A DNA stretch of 64,000 nt from an uncultured delta proteobacterium (GCA_963841435.1 CAWJCS010000003.1:384001-448000); one strand, 5' to 3'; positions 9,376 through 19,922 are shown, counted from the first letter of the stretch. Program-made: numbers and translations. Notes: generated from the letters alone by a model not told the origin.

Positions 9376-10776
9376 ATGAAAGCACTCGTCGTCGACGACC
9401 AGGAGGCGGTGCGCACGGCGCTCTCCGTGCTTCTCGACCTGCACGGCATCGAATGCCTCACGGCCGCCGCGCCGAACGAGGCGCTCGAGCTCGTTCGCGC
9501 GGAAGATCTCGGCGTCGTGATCTGCGACATGAACTTCTCGAAGGACACCACCTCCGGCGAGGAGGGGGTGGCGCTCTTTCGCGAGATGCACGAGCTCGAC
9601 CCCGACCTGCCCGTGATCCTGCTCACGGCCTGGACCTCGCTCGAGACGGCCGTCGAGCTCGTGAAGGGCGGCGCCGCCGACTACCTCGCCAAGCCGTGGG
9701 ACGACCAGAAGCTCGTCGTGACGGTGCGCAACCTGATGCGGCTGCGCGAGGCGCGCGACGAGAACCAACGCCTGCATGGTCAGGACGCGCGCGCCCGACG
9801 CGATCTGGGCGCACGCTTCGATCTCAGGGGGCTCGTCTACCGCAGTCGTCTGATGCACGACGTGGTCTCGCTCGCCGCGCACGTCGCGCCCTCGGACGCG
9901 CCGGTGCTCATCACGGGGCCGAACGGCTCGGGCAAGGAGCGACTGGCCGAGATCGTCCAGGCGAGCTCGCGACGGGCCGACAAGCCGTTCGTCAGCGTGA
10001 ACGCCGGCGGTCTGCCCGACCAGCTGCTCGAAGCCGAGCTGTTTGGCGCCGAGCCCGGCGCTTACACGGGCGCCACCAAGCTCCGAATCGGCCGCTTCGA
10101 GGCGGCCGACGGCGGGACGCTCTTTTTGGACGAGCTCGGCAACTTGTCGGCGAGCGGGCAGATGAAGCTGCTCCGCGTGCTGCAGACCGGGGAATTCCAG
10201 CGCCTCGGTAGCAACGTCACCCGCAAGGCGGCGGTGCGCCTCATCAGCGCGACCAATGCCGACCTGCGCGCCGAGATTGCCGCGGGTCGCTTCCGCGAGG
10301 ACCTCTACTTCCGGCTCAACGTGATCGAGCTCGCCGTGCCCCCCCTCTCGAGCCGCCCCGAGGACATCGAGCTACTCGCCAACCATTTCCTGTCCCGGTT
10401 CGCCGAAGGCGCACCGCACACGCTCGCCCCCGAGGCGCTCGTAGCGCTCGAGCGACACGACTGGCCCGGCAACGTGCGCGAGCTGGAAAACCGTATTCAG
10501 CGCGCCGTGCTCGTGTGCCAGGGCGGCCCGATCCGACCGGTCGACCTCGGCCTCGACGGGCGGCCCTCGACTCGAAGCTCGGAGCCATCCCCGCCGGCCG
10601 TCGATCGCGAAAGCTCGGCGACCCTGTCAGCCGTCGAGCGTGAGGCCATCCAAGCGGCGCTCGCGCGAGCGCGGGGCGTCGTCTCGCGTGCCGCCCTCGA
10701 GCTGGGACTCAGCCGCCAGGCGCTCTACCGACGCATGGAGCGGCTGGGGATCGAGATCGAGCGGCGCGTGCGCTGA
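9376..10776 (+). CDS. NtrC-family sigma54-dependent response regulator (REC-AAA+-HTH)
   Basis: LVVDD receiver, GPNGSGKE Walker A, GAYTGA loop, [30 protein letters not shown]. Confidence 0.93.
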   Translation: MKALVVDDQEAVRTALSVLLDLHGIECLTAAAPNEALELVRAEDLGVVICDMNFSKDTTSGEEGVALFREMHELDPDLPVILLTAWTSLETAVELVKGGAADYLAKPWDDQKLVVTVRNLMRLREARDENQRLHGQDARARRDLGARFDLRGLVYRSRLMHDVVSLAAHVAPSDAPVLITGPNGSGKERLAEIVQASSRRADKPFVSVNAGGLPDQLLEAELFGAEPGAYTGATKLRIGRFEAADGGTLFLDELGNLSASGQMKLLRVLQTGEFQRLGSNVTRKAAVRLISATNADLRAEIAAGRFREDLYFRLNVIELAVPPLSSRPEDIELLANHFLSRFAEGAPHTLAPEALVALERHDWPGNVRELENRIQRAVLVCQGGPIRPVDLGLDGRPSTRSSEPSPPAVDRESSATLSAVEREAIQAALARARGVVSRAALELGLSRQALYRRMERLGIEIERRVR

Positions 10777-10780
10777 GCGT

Positions 10781-10852
10781 AACGTCATCTCGTGCGAGCG
10801 CGGCGGCATCCTCAACGTCGCCAAGGTCCTCGATTTCGGGCTCGTCAAGCGC
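10781..10852 (+). pseudogene. Remnant of a Ser/Thr protein kinase gene
   Basis: NVISCERGGILNVAKVLDFGLVK, kinase subdomain VIb-VII, isolated in an intergenic gap. Confidence 0.6.
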
Positions 10853-11097
10853 ACCGGCACGACCACCGACACACGGAGGGCTCGCAGAGCAACGTCCACG
10901 AGATCCGTACCGCAGGCCGGAAGTGTCGGGTGCGCCGGCAAGCGCCGTGCCGCGATGACAGCCGCCTTCCCGTCCACCATTCCGCGCGCCCCTGAGCGTT
11001 CTCCGAGCGGGTGACCGGACGGGCGACCGCCCTCGGGGCCGAGCGGGCCCAGGGTGTTAAGCTTGCGCCCGGCCCCATCCCCGAGCGCGACCCGAGC

Positions 11098-11775
11098 GTG
11101 ACGACCGAAGCCATTCCCGCCGAGCTCACTCGCGACGACCTCGCCGCACTGCCCATCTTTCCCCTGCCGTCGTCCGCTCTTTTCCCTGGGTCACTGCTGC
11201 CGCTGCACGTCTTCGAACCGCGCTACCGCGAGCTCGTTCGTGACGCGCTCACGGGGCGCAAGCTGCTCGCCGTGGCGCGGCTCAAGCCGGGTTTCGAAGC
11301 GAGCTACGACGAGCGGCCTGACGTCTTCGAGCGCTGTGGATGCGGCGTCATCGTCGATCATGCTCGCACGGACGACGGCCGCTACAATATCCTGCTCCGC
11401 GGCCTCGCGCGCGTGAAGATCGTCGAGGAGCACTTCGCCGAACGAAACTATCGCCTCGTGCGCGCCGAAACGCTCGCCGACACGCCCACGGACCCAGGGC
11501 TCGCGGCGGCCTTCTACACGCAGCTCGGGGCGCTCTGGCCCTCGCTCGCCCCGCATCTCCCCGCGCCTTTACGCGATTTTGCCGGCCTGAGCCAGGCGAC
11601 GGGCGGCGCGGGAGCCCTCGCCGATCACGTCGCCGCGTTGCTCATCGACGACACCGAGCTCACCCATCGCCTGATGAGTGAGCTCGATCCCTGCGAACGC
11701 CTGCGTTTGGTCGTGGGCCACGTGCACGAGATCGTCGAGCACGTCGCCGGCGGGAGCCCAAGCACGCTGAACTAA
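11098..11775 (+). CDS. LON peptidase N-terminal substrate-binding domain protein
   Basis: LPIFPLP..LFPG..LPLHVFEPRYR, DGRYNILLRG; start codon uncertain. Confidence 0.88.
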   Translation: MTTEAIPAELTRDDLAALPIFPLPSSALFPGSLLPLHVFEPRYRELVRDALTGRKLLAVARLKPGFEASYDERPDVFERCGCGVIVDHARTDDGRYNILLRGLARVKIVEEHFAERNYRLVRAETLADTPTDPGLAAAFYTQLGALWPSLAPHLPAPLRDFAGLSQATGGAGALADHVAALLIDDTELTHRLMSELDPCERLRLVVGHVHEIVEHVAGGSPSTLN

Positions 11776-11785
11776 TCGGAGCCGT

Positions 11786-13384
11786 TCACGCCGCCGGTGC
11801 CGGCTCTGGCGCCACGGCGTGCCCCTCCTCCGACTCGGATGCGGGCGCCTCGTCGGAGACCTTGGCGAACTTCGCGCAGCCGAAGAAGATCCCCGCGATC
11901 GCGAGGTAGCTCACGGCGACGACCGGCGTCTGACCGACGCCGATGGCCTCACCGTGCATGAACCCGAAGAACGTGAAGACGGCGCCCGCGAGGGAGAACC
12001 CCGCCGCCTGCACGAACTTCCGATCGATGACGAAAGCGGCCGTGGCGCCGAGCACGAGTCCACCCAGAATCGAGCCGCCGCCGAGGACGCCGAGCCCGTG
12101 GTAGAGCACGCCGACCTGGCCGAGCTTGTCGAGGCCGACCTCGGCCGCGCTCGTGCCCGCGGCGCCGAGCGAGTTGTCGATCTGCAGCTTGCCCCACGCC
12201 GCGAGGTGGGGAACGAGCGCGAGGATGATGGCCGGCGCGTGCTTCTTCGGTGTCTCCTGGAAAGCCTGCGCGCCGATCAGCATGCCGATGTAGAGCAGAA
12301 TCGGCGAGATGGCGACGACGGGGATGAGCGACACCATCAGTGAGATGATGCCGAACCAGGCAAGGACGATCACCATGATGCCCGTGGCCGCCGAGTAGCC
12401 GATGCGGCCGCCCATGGCCTTCCAGCCGGGGTGACCGATGTAGACGGCATTGATGAAGGGGTTGCCCATGAGGCAACCGATGAGGCTCACGACGCCGTCC
12501 GCCGTGAGCACGCGAGTCGTCGGGAAGCTGTCGCCGGCGACCGCGGCGCTCTCGACGTTGTCCAGCGCTTCGACGAGATCGTAGATGCCGAACGGAATCG
12601 CCGTCACGAGGATGACGCCGAGGAACTGGAAGCCGGAAAAGACGTGACTCACCGCCGGCACGGGGAACGAGAAGCCGAAGCTCGAAACCGATTCGCGTAG
12701 CTTCGCGAGGCTCATGCCGCCGTAGTCGAGACCGAGGGCCGAGGAGCCCCAGGCGATCGCGCTACCGACCGCAATGGCCACGAGGCCCGCGGGTATGCCC
12801 TTGAAGTAGCGCACGCCGCCGAACCAGCTCGCGAGGATGATCGCGAAGCAGACGACGCCGATGACGGGCGTCATGTACATCTCGAGCGCGGGGCGCATGG
12901 AGATGAACGCGATGGACACGCCCGCGAGCGTGCCGAGCAGCGCGGCGCGCGGCGTGATCTTCCGGATCACCGGGGCGATGAAGCCGCCGATCATGAGCAC
13001 GAAGCTCTGAATGAACACCCAGGTGAGGCCGGCCTCCCAGCCCTTGACCGGGTCGCCCGTCTTCGCCGCGATCGGCAGCATGATGACGAACGTGACGACG
13101 AACATGTGCGGCACGCTGATGCCCGACGGCAGCGCGCACACGTCCTTTCGGCCCGTCTTCTCGGCCAGCTTGTAGGCGAGCCGCGCGTAATACAGCGTGC
13201 TCAAGCAGAGCATGAGCCCGGTCGCGGGCAGGATGCGCCCGAACACGAGCTGGTCGGGCATCTTGAGCACGAAGCGCAAGAGGCCCGTGAGCACCAGCAG
13301 GTTCACCAGAATGTTGGTGCCGAAGCCAAAGAACGCGTTCCAATCGCCCGGAGTCCAGATTTTTGGTTTGGTCATGGTCGTCAT
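11786..13384 (-). CDS. NCS2/AzgA-like permease (candidate biuret/triuret transporter)
   Basis: Many TM segments; WTPGDWNAFFG, VYIGHPGWKAMGGR motifs; directly downstream of the cysteine hydrolase. Confidence 0.8.
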   Translation of the reverse strand: MTTMTKPKIWTPGDWNAFFGFGTNILVNLLVLTGLLRFVLKMPDQLVFGRILPATGLMLCLSTLYYARLAYKLAEKTGRKDVCALPSGISVPHMFVVTFVIMLPIAAKTGDPVKGWEAGLTWVFIQSFVLMIGGFIAPVIRKITPRAALLGTLAGVSIAFISMRPALEMYMTPVIGVVCFAIILASWFGGVRYFKGIPAGLVAIAVGSAIAWGSSALGLDYGGMSLAKLRESVSSFGFSFPVPAVSHVFSGFQFLGVILVTAIPFGIYDLVEALDNVESAAVAGDSFPTTRVLTADGVVSLIGCLMGNPFINAVYIGHPGWKAMGGRIGYSAATGIMVIVLAWFGIISLMVSLIPVVAISPILLYIGMLIGAQAFQETPKKHAPAIILALVPHLAAWGKLQIDNSLGAAGTSAAEVGLDKLGQVGVLYHGLGVLGGGSILGGLVLGATAAFVIDRKFVQAAGFSLAGAVFTFFGFMHGEAIGVGQTPVVAVSYLAIAGIFFGCAKFAKVSDEAPASESEEGHAVAPEPAPAA

Positions 13385-13402
13385 GCGTCACCTCGCTCGT
13401 CG

Positions 13403-14068
13403 TCAGGAGAGCGCTGCCAGGATCCGCTTGGAGTCGGAAACCCAGCCGAAGATCCCGCCCTGAGCCTTGATCATCTTGAGGCCCATCTCGTGAAACTCGG
13501 GGAAGTACGAACCGCAGCAGTCTCCGGGGACGATGCAGCGGTAGCCTCGATCGTTCGCCTCGCGCACCGTCGTGTGCACGCACACCTCGGTGGTGACGCC
13601 GCACACGACGAGGCTCTCGATGCCGCGGTTCATCAGCATCGTGTGAAGATCGGTCGCGAAGAAGGCGCCCTTGCCGGGCTTGTCGACGATGGGCTCGCCT
13701 TCTTTCGGGTAAAGCTGCTCGACGATGTCGTGGCCGGGCTCGCCGCGGATCAGGATGCGGCCCATCGGGCCCTTCGCCCCGATCCGCATGCTCGGCGCAC
13801 CGCGCTCCACCTTTGCCTTTGGAGCGTCGGAGAGATCGGGGCGGTGCCCCTCGCGGGTATGAATGATGAAGAGGCCCTTTTTGCGGGCGCCCTCCAAGAG
13901 GTTCTTGCAGGGGACGATCGCCTTCGCGAGGAGGGAAACGTCGTTGCCGAGAGTTTCGCCGAAGCCACCGGGCTCGAGGAAATCCCGCTGCATGTCGATG
14001 ATGACGACCGCCGTTCGACCCCAATCGACGGCAATCGGCTCTGGCTCGGCTTCGATGAGATTCGTCAT
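13403..14068 (-). CDS. trtA: Isochorismatase-superfamily cysteine hydrolase, triuret hydrolase-like
   Basis: IDMQRDF, DKPGKG, TTEVC triad; TrtA-type residues GGFG..LGND, E in TTEVC, SYF, QGGI. Confidence 0.8.
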   Translation of the reverse strand: MTNLIEAEPEPIAVDWGRTAVVIIDMQRDFLEPGGFGETLGNDVSLLAKAIVPCKNLLEGARKKGLFIIHTREGHRPDLSDAPKAKVERGAPSMRIGAKGPMGRILIRGEPGHDIVEQLYPKEGEPIVDKPGKGAFFATDLHTMLMNRGIESLVVCGVTTEVCVHTTVREANDRGYRCIVPGDCCGSYFPEFHEMGLKMIKAQGGIFGWVSDSKRILAALS

Positions 14069-14149
14069 GCGTGCACCAAGGGTCACCGTCCTGACGATTC
14101 GCAAATTGCCGCACCCCCCGTTTCCCCGGAATGTCTCTGGCGTCTCGGG

Positions 14150-14190
14150 AAAAAAACTCGCGCCCGGCATCTGGCGGTGCCGGGCGCGAG
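14150..14190 (-). terminator. Rho-independent terminator after the porin gene
   Basis: 13-bp perfect stem (14157-14169/14178-14190), followed by T7 on the minus strand. Confidence 0.8.
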
Positions 14191-14269
14191 AGGGTGAGCA
14201 CCGGCACGGACCACTCGGAGATGGCCCGCACCGGCGCTCGCGAGCGTAGCTAAGCGCCACGCGTCGGGA

Positions 14270-15701
14270 TCACTGCTGGATTTGGAACCCGAACTGCAGG
14301 GCGTTGCCAACGCGGCGCGGCGTGCCCACCGGGTTGCCGAGGTCCGTGTGCTGGAAGCCGAGTGAGAGCTTCGCGAAGTAGTCCTTCAGCACGTAGTTGA
14401 GCTCGCCTTCCGCGATCCAGCTGTCGGGCGGCTGGATGACACCGCCGGTGCCATCCGGAATGTTGACACCGCCGAAGGCTTGCTGGTAGCGGAACAAGGG
14501 CTGCAGCTTGCCGGGACCCATCTGGGGCGTGAGGTAGGAGAGCACGACGAAGAACGCGTCATCCCAGGGCATGACGCCCAGCGTCTTGCCGCTATCCACG
14601 TGGTAATACGCGCCTTCCGCCGTGACCGTGCCGGCAGTGCCCACGTTGAACTCGGCGAGGATGTCGGCGTTGATCTCGAACAGATCGTCCTGGTTCCCGG
14701 CGAAGTTGAAGCGCTTCTGGCCCTGAGCCGCCACGCCGATCGCGAGGATGTCCTGGCCGCCGTAGTACGTGCTGCTGCCGTAGAAGCCCGGCTCGCTGCC
14801 GATGATCGCGTACCCCAAACGACCCGTGTAAAGCGGCGTGTTGTCCGGCACGTTGTCGAGATCCATGATGCCGAAGTAGTACTTGAACTGGCCCTTGCCG
14901 ATGTCGCCCCAGGCCACCGTGCCGACCTCGCGTCCGATTTCTTCGGTACCGCGCGGGCCGACGTAGTTGAAGCCGGCGCCCGGCACGCTGTAGACACCCG
15001 GATAGTCCCAGGGGCTCATGAACCAGGGGCCGCTGAAGTTCGAACGGTCCGACGGCGTGAGCATGCGACCACCCCAGAGGTGGAACTCGTCCATGAAGTC
15101 GAGCTGAGCGATCAGATCCATCGCGCGCACCTCGAACAGCGTGGGCGGACCTTCGGGAGGCGCGGGCGGACCGTTCAGGCCGGTAGAAGGCGTGAGGCCA
15201 GACACCGTGAGGTTTGCGGTCCATCCGACGAACGGCAGCACCTGCCCGCTGAAACGCGGCTCGGCGTAGACCTCGTCGACGTTGAACGTGCCGAGCTTCT
15301 TCGGCTCGCGCAGGTTCTGGAACTGCGCGCCGAAGCGCAGACCGATGCCGGTCGTCACGTGATACTCGGGCTCCTTTTCGGGCTCTTCGACCGCGGGTGC
15401 CGGCTCTGCCATCGGGGGCTCCGCCATCGGGCGGCTCCGCCATCGGCGGCGGCGCCTCCGGGGGCGGCGCCATCGGCTCGGCGGCAGGCGCGGGAGCGGC
15501 CGCTGGAGCCGGCGCGGCCGCAGCCGGCGCTGGGGCGGGAGCTGCTGCTGGAGCTGGAGCCGGAGCCGGAGCGGCCGGGGCTGTTGCCGGCGTCTGCGCA
15601 CCTGCGTGACTGGCTACCAAGAGCAGGGCTCCAGCCGCGCTACCAAGCGTCGCGGCCCGAGGAAACGATCGCGTTTTCGAATGATCAATCATCGTCGTCA
15701 C
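14270..15701 (-). CDS. Outer-membrane porin (short-chain amide/urea porin-like) with Pro/Ala-rich N-terminus; +1 frameshift near 15430
   Basis: Signal peptide and PA repeats in frame of 14592..15701, barrel in frame of 14270..15601 (GRMLTPSDRSNFSGPW, PGFYGSSTYYG, terminal FGFQIQQ); extra C in a PMAEP repeat. Confidence 0.7.
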
Positions 15702-15748
15702 CGTTTGGGCTTTTCCGTCGGCGACTCATGAGGGTCTGAGCGGCGGCG

Positions 15749-15763
15749 GCAATCAAGGAACCA
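15749..15763 (-). promoter_or_regulatory. Possible sigma54 promoter for the porin gene
   Basis: Minus strand TGGTTCCTTGATTGC, GG-N10-GC with TTGC, about 50 nt upstream of start. Confidence 0.4.
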
Positions 15764-15950
15764 TCCGGCGGGCGCGGCGCCTGCCGAAGACGACGGCACG
15801 CTCGAACGCGGGATGTAGACACGCGGTTTCGTCAACACTTCCGAACGAGATTTTCGCATTCCCGGCCCTGCGGCGTGTCACTTGGGGCCCTAACCGCGTG
15901 ACTCGCCCCGGACATGAGAACGAAACGCCGGCACTGGGAAAAGGCGGAGC

Positions 15951-17129
15951 ATGAACGCCACACGCCGTCCCGTCCCCATCCTCGCCCGCCGACTTTTCCT
16001 GAGCGTGCCATTGCTGGCCGCGTGCGCTCTCACGAGCTGCAGCAAGAAGGAAGAGGCCCCCGCGGCAGCCGGTTCCGCGGCGGAGCCGACCGCGAGTGCC
16101 ACGGGCTCGGAGACACTCACGGTCGGGTTCATCTACGTCGGACCCAAGGACGACTACGGATACAACCAGGCGCATCACGAGGGCGCCCTGGCGGTCGCGA
16201 AGCTGCCGGGCGTGAAGATCCGCGAAGAAGAGAAAGTGCCCGAGACGCTCAACGTCCAAAAGACCATGGAGAGCATGATCAATCTCGACGGCGCGAAGCT
16301 CCTTTTCCCGACGTCGTTCGGCTACTTCGATCCTCACATTCTGAAGGTCGCCGAGAAGTATCCCGACGTGACGTTCCTTCACTGCGGCGGCCTCTACCAG
16401 GAAGGTAAGCACCCGAAGAACGTCGGCAGCTATTTCGGCTACATCGACGAGGCCGAGTACGTGGCCGGCATGGTCGCGGGCGGCACGACCAAGACCAACA
16501 AACTCGGATTCATCGCCGCCAAGCCGATTCCGCAGGTTCTCCGAAATATCAATTCTTACACTCTGGGTGCGCGTTCCGTGAATCCCAAGGTCGAGACCAC
16601 GGTCATCTTCACGGGCGATTGGGCGCTACCGGTCAAAGAAGCAGAGGCCGCCAACAGCCTGATCGACCAGGGCGTCAACGTGCTGACGGCCCACGTCGAT
16701 TCACCCAAGGTCGTGATCGAGACGGCGGAGAAGCGCGGCATCTTCAGCACGGGCTACCACGCGAGCCAGGCGAACCTCGCGCCCAAGGGCTACCTCACGG
16801 GCGCCGAGTGGAACTGGGAGAAGGTCTACACGGCGTACATCGAGACCATCAAGAAGGGCGAGAAGCCGGAGCACCTCGTGCGCGGCGGCTTCTCCTCCGG
16901 CTTCGTGAAGCTCTCGCCGTACGGCGCCGCCGTGTCCGACGCCATCAAGGCCAAGGCGGACGAGGCCAAGAGCCTGCTCACCGACGGCAAGCTCGTCGTC
17001 TACAAGGGGCCGCTCAAGGACAACACCGGCAAGGAAATCATCGCCGCTGGCGTCGAGCAGAAGCAGACGGACATCGGGCTCGAAAGCATGAATTATCTCG
17101 TCGAAGGCGTGAAGGGGAAGCTCAACTGA
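15951..17129 (+). CDS. BMP-family ABC transporter substrate-binding lipoprotein
   Basis: LTSC lipobox; GFIYVGPKDDYGYNQAH, TSFGY motifs. Confidence 0.92.
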   Translation: MNATRRPVPILARRLFLSVPLLAACALTSCSKKEEAPAAAGSAAEPTASATGSETLTVGFIYVGPKDDYGYNQAHHEGALAVAKLPGVKIREEEKVPETLNVQKTMESMINLDGAKLLFPTSFGYFDPHILKVAEKYPDVTFLHCGGLYQEGKHPKNVGSYFGYIDEAEYVAGMVAGGTTKTNKLGFIAAKPIPQVLRNINSYTLGARSVNPKVETTVIFTGDWALPVKEAEAANSLIDQGVNVLTAHVDSPKVVIETAEKRGIFSTGYHASQANLAPKGYLTGAEWNWEKVYTAYIETIKKGEKPEHLVRGGFSSGFVKLSPYGAAVSDAIKAKADEAKSLLTDGKLVVYKGPLKDNTGKEIIAAGVEQKQTDIGLESMNYLVEGVKGKLN

Positions 17130-17142
17130 CGACCGGAGCGTC

Positions 17143-18270
17143 ATGCCGGCCATGAGCGACGCAGCCGGAGCCGAAAAGCTCGCGCCGGCCGATGGCCGGA
17201 CCGCCACGGCTCCGGCCGGCATCGACTGGGCCCGGCTGGGCCCGCGCCTCGAAACGTTCGGGATCCCGCTACTCGCGCTCGTCGCGTCGTTGCTCCTGTT
17301 CGGCGTGTTCGTTGCCCTGTCGGGCAAGAATCCGATCGAGGTCTACGGGCAGATGGTGCGAGGCGCGTTCGGCACGTGGTTCTCCTTCCAGAACACGTTG
17401 CAGCGCGCCTCGCCGTTGCTCTTGACGGCCCTTTGCACGGCCCTGCCGGCGCGCGCAGGCCTCATCGTGATCGGCGGCGAGGGCGCGTTCGTCATGGGCG
17501 GCCTCGCGGCGGCGGCGGCCGGCGTCGCCATGACGGGCGCTTCACCCTTCTGGGTGCTCGGGGCGATGTTCGTCGCGGCGATGATCATGGGTGGCGCTTG
17601 GATCGGCGGCGTGGGCCTGCTCAAGGTGCGACGCGGCGTGAACGAGACCATCAGCAGCCTCCTGCTCACGTACATCGGCATCGCGCTCTTGAACCACTTC
17701 GTGGAAGGGCCGCTCAAGGATCCCGAGAGCCTCAACAAGCCGTCGACGCGCCACATCGGCGAGGCCAACATGGTCGGTTCGATCCCGGGTCTCGACGTGC
17801 ACTGGGGCCTCGTCGTGGGTGTCGTCGCCTGCATTTGCGCGCACTTTTTGATGCGGCGCACCGTGTTCGGCTTCTCGGCTTCCATCGTCGGGGGCAACGC
17901 GCGCGCGGCGCGGCTGTCGGGTGTGAAGGTCGCGCGCACCGTGGTCTTGACGTGCGCGCTCGCGGGCGCGGCGGCGGGGCTCGCGGGAGCCTTCGAGGTT
18001 GCGGCCGTTCACGGGCGCGCCAACGCATCGCTCGTCGCCGGCTACGGCTACGCGGGCATCCTCGTGGCATTCCTTGCGCGGCACGACGGCCTTGCGATCA
18101 TCCCCGTCGCGCTCTTCCTCGGCGGCATCGCGGCGAGCGGTGGCCTCTTGCAGCGGGTCTTCGACCTTCCGGACGCAACCGTCAACGTGCTGCAGGGAAT
18201 TCTGTTCGTGGTGCTGATCGCGAGCGACACGCTCTACGGGCGCATCCGCTGGGGAGCGAAGAGCGCCTGA
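17143..18270 (+). CDS. ABC transporter permease (nucleoside/sugar type)
   Basis: Multi-TM; IGGEG, GVNETISSLL, GYGYAGILVAFLAR. Confidence 0.92.
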   Translation: MPAMSDAAGAEKLAPADGRTATAPAGIDWARLGPRLETFGIPLLALVASLLLFGVFVALSGKNPIEVYGQMVRGAFGTWFSFQNTLQRASPLLLTALCTALPARAGLIVIGGEGAFVMGGLAAAAAGVAMTGASPFWVLGAMFVAAMIMGGAWIGGVGLLKVRRGVNETISSLLLTYIGIALLNHFVEGPLKDPESLNKPSTRHIGEANMVGSIPGLDVHWGLVVGVVACICAHFLMRRTVFGFSASIVGGNARAARLSGVKVARTVVLTCALAGAAAGLAGAFEVAAVHGRANASLVAGYGYAGILVAFLARHDGLAIIPVALFLGGIAASGGLLQRVFDLPDATVNVLQGILFVVLIASDTLYGRIRWGAKSA

Positions 18271-19196
18271 TGGCCGACACGACACTCGGACTCTGGGGCA
18301 TCCCGCTCGCGATCCTCGGCGGCGCCATCCGCGTGAGCACGCCCTTTCTGTTCGTGAGTCTCGGCGAGTGCATCACGGAGCGCAGCGGCCGAGTGAACCT
18401 CGGCCTCGAGGGCACGCTCGTCATGGGCGCGATGTCGGGCTACGGCGTCTCGTACCTCTCGGGCTCGCCGTGGCTCGGCGTACTCGCCGCCGGCAGCATC
18501 GGAGCCGTGCTCGGAGCCATGCACGGCTGGCTCTGCGGCAAGCCGCGGGTCAACGACATCGCGCTCGGCATCGCCATGATGCTGCTCGGCGTCGGCCTCG
18601 CCTTCTACCTCGGCAAGCCGCTCATCCAACCGAGCGCACCACGCCTCGGCTCCATACCGCTCGGCTTCTTCTCCGACAACGCGCAGCTCCGCTCCGCGCT
18701 CGACGTGAACCTCTTGTTCGTCGTCGGGGTGCTGCTCGCGCCGGCGCTGCACCTCGGCCTCTACAAGACGCGCTGGGGCCTCGTCCTGCGCACCGTGGGC
18801 GAGAGCGCCGACGCGGCGCGCGCGCTCGGCTATGACGTCTCGCGCGTCCGCTTGCTCGCGACGATGGCGGGCGGCTTCCTCGCCGGCATCGGTGGGTCCT
18901 TCCTTTCCCTTTATTACCCCGGCAGCTGGAACGAAGGGCTCTCGAGCGGCCAGGGGCTCATGGCCGTGGCGCTCGTGATCTTCGCGCGCTGGAGCCCGCG
19001 GCGCTGTCTCTACGCGTCGCTCTTGTTCGGCGGCGCCGGCGCGATCGGCCCGGCGCTCCAGTCCGTGGGCATCACCACGGGTTACTACCTCTGGAACGCC
19101 GCGCCCTACGTGCTGACGCTCGCGATCCTCATCATGAGCAGCTCGGCCACGCGGGCCTCCGTCGACATGCCCGCGGAGCTCGCCGTAAGCCGGTAG
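18270..19196 (+). CDS. ABC transporter permease (second subunit)
   Basis: ERSGRVNLGLEG, GQGLMAVALVIFARW; TGATG coupling to upstream gene. Confidence 0.92.
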   Translation: MADTTLGLWGIPLAILGGAIRVSTPFLFVSLGECITERSGRVNLGLEGTLVMGAMSGYGVSYLSGSPWLGVLAAGSIGAVLGAMHGWLCGKPRVNDIALGIAMMLLGVGLAFYLGKPLIQPSAPRLGSIPLGFFSDNAQLRSALDVNLLFVVGVLLAPALHLGLYKTRWGLVLRTVGESADAARALGYDVSRVRLLATMAGGFLAGIGGSFLSLYYPGSWNEGLSSGQGLMAVALVIFARWSPRRCLYASLLFGGAGAIGPALQSVGITTGYYLWNAAPYVLTLAILIMSSSATRASVDMPAELAVSR

Positions 19197-19220
19197 AAAG
19201 ATGCCCCTCGGAGAAATCTG

Positions 19221-19922
19221 ATGACGACGACCTACATTGCTGCCGAACCGTACCCCTGGCCCTACGATGGCGATCTCAGGCCCGAAAACACGGCGCTCGT
19301 CATCATCGACATGCAGACCGACTTCTGCGGCAAAGGCGGCTACATCGATCTGCTCGGCTACGACCTCACGGCGTCGCGCGCCTGCATCGAGCCCATCGGG
19401 CGCTTGCTCGCACTCGCACGCGAGAAAAGCTTTCACGTGATCCACACGCGCGAGGGGCACCGCCCCGACCTCTCGGACCTGCCGGCCAACAAACGCTGGC
19501 GCTCACGCGTGCTGCAGAAGGGCGGCCCGGGGCAAACGGGGATCGGTGACCCGGGACCCTGCGGGCGCGTGCTCGTTCGCGGTGAGCCCGGCTGGGAGAT
19601 CATCCCCGAGCTCGCGCCGAAGCCGGGTGAGCCCATCATCGACAAGCCGGGCAAGGGCTCGTTCTGCGCCACGGATCTCGACATGATCCTCCGGCAACGC
19701 GGCATCCGAAATCTCATCCTCACGGGCATCACGACGGACGTGTGCGTCCACACCACGATGCGCGAGGCGAACGACCGCGGCTACGAGTGCCTCATCGTCG
19801 GCGACTGCTGCGCCGCGACGGACCCGGGCAATCATCAGGCGGCGCTCAAGATGGTGACCATGCAAAACGGCGTCTTCGGCGCCGTCTCCAGCTCCGGAAA
19901 GCTGTTGGAGGCCCTCTCGTGA
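19221..19922 (+). CDS. biuH: Biuret hydrolase (cysteine hydrolase)
   Basis: PYPWPYDG.LRP.NTAL, IDMQTDFCGKGGY, LPANKRWRS, DKPGKGSFCATDL, GITTDVC, ATD.GNH. Confidence 0.88.
   Translation: MTTTYIAAEPYPWPYDGDLRPENTALVIIDMQTDFCGKGGYIDLLGYDLTASRACIEPIGRLLALAREKSFHVIHTREGHRPDLSDLPANKRWRSRVLQKGGPGQTGIGDPGPCGRVLVRGEPGWEIIPELAPKPGEPIIDKPGKGSFCATDLDMILRQRGIRNLILTGITTDVCVHTTMREANDRGYECLIVGDCCAATDPGNHQAALKMVTMQNGVFGAVSSSGKLLEALS

Noticed and set aside
10060-10080. GAYTGA instead of GAFTGA as a sign of an inactive activator
   Set aside because: Conservative change seen in other enhancer-binding proteins; other AAA+ motifs are intact
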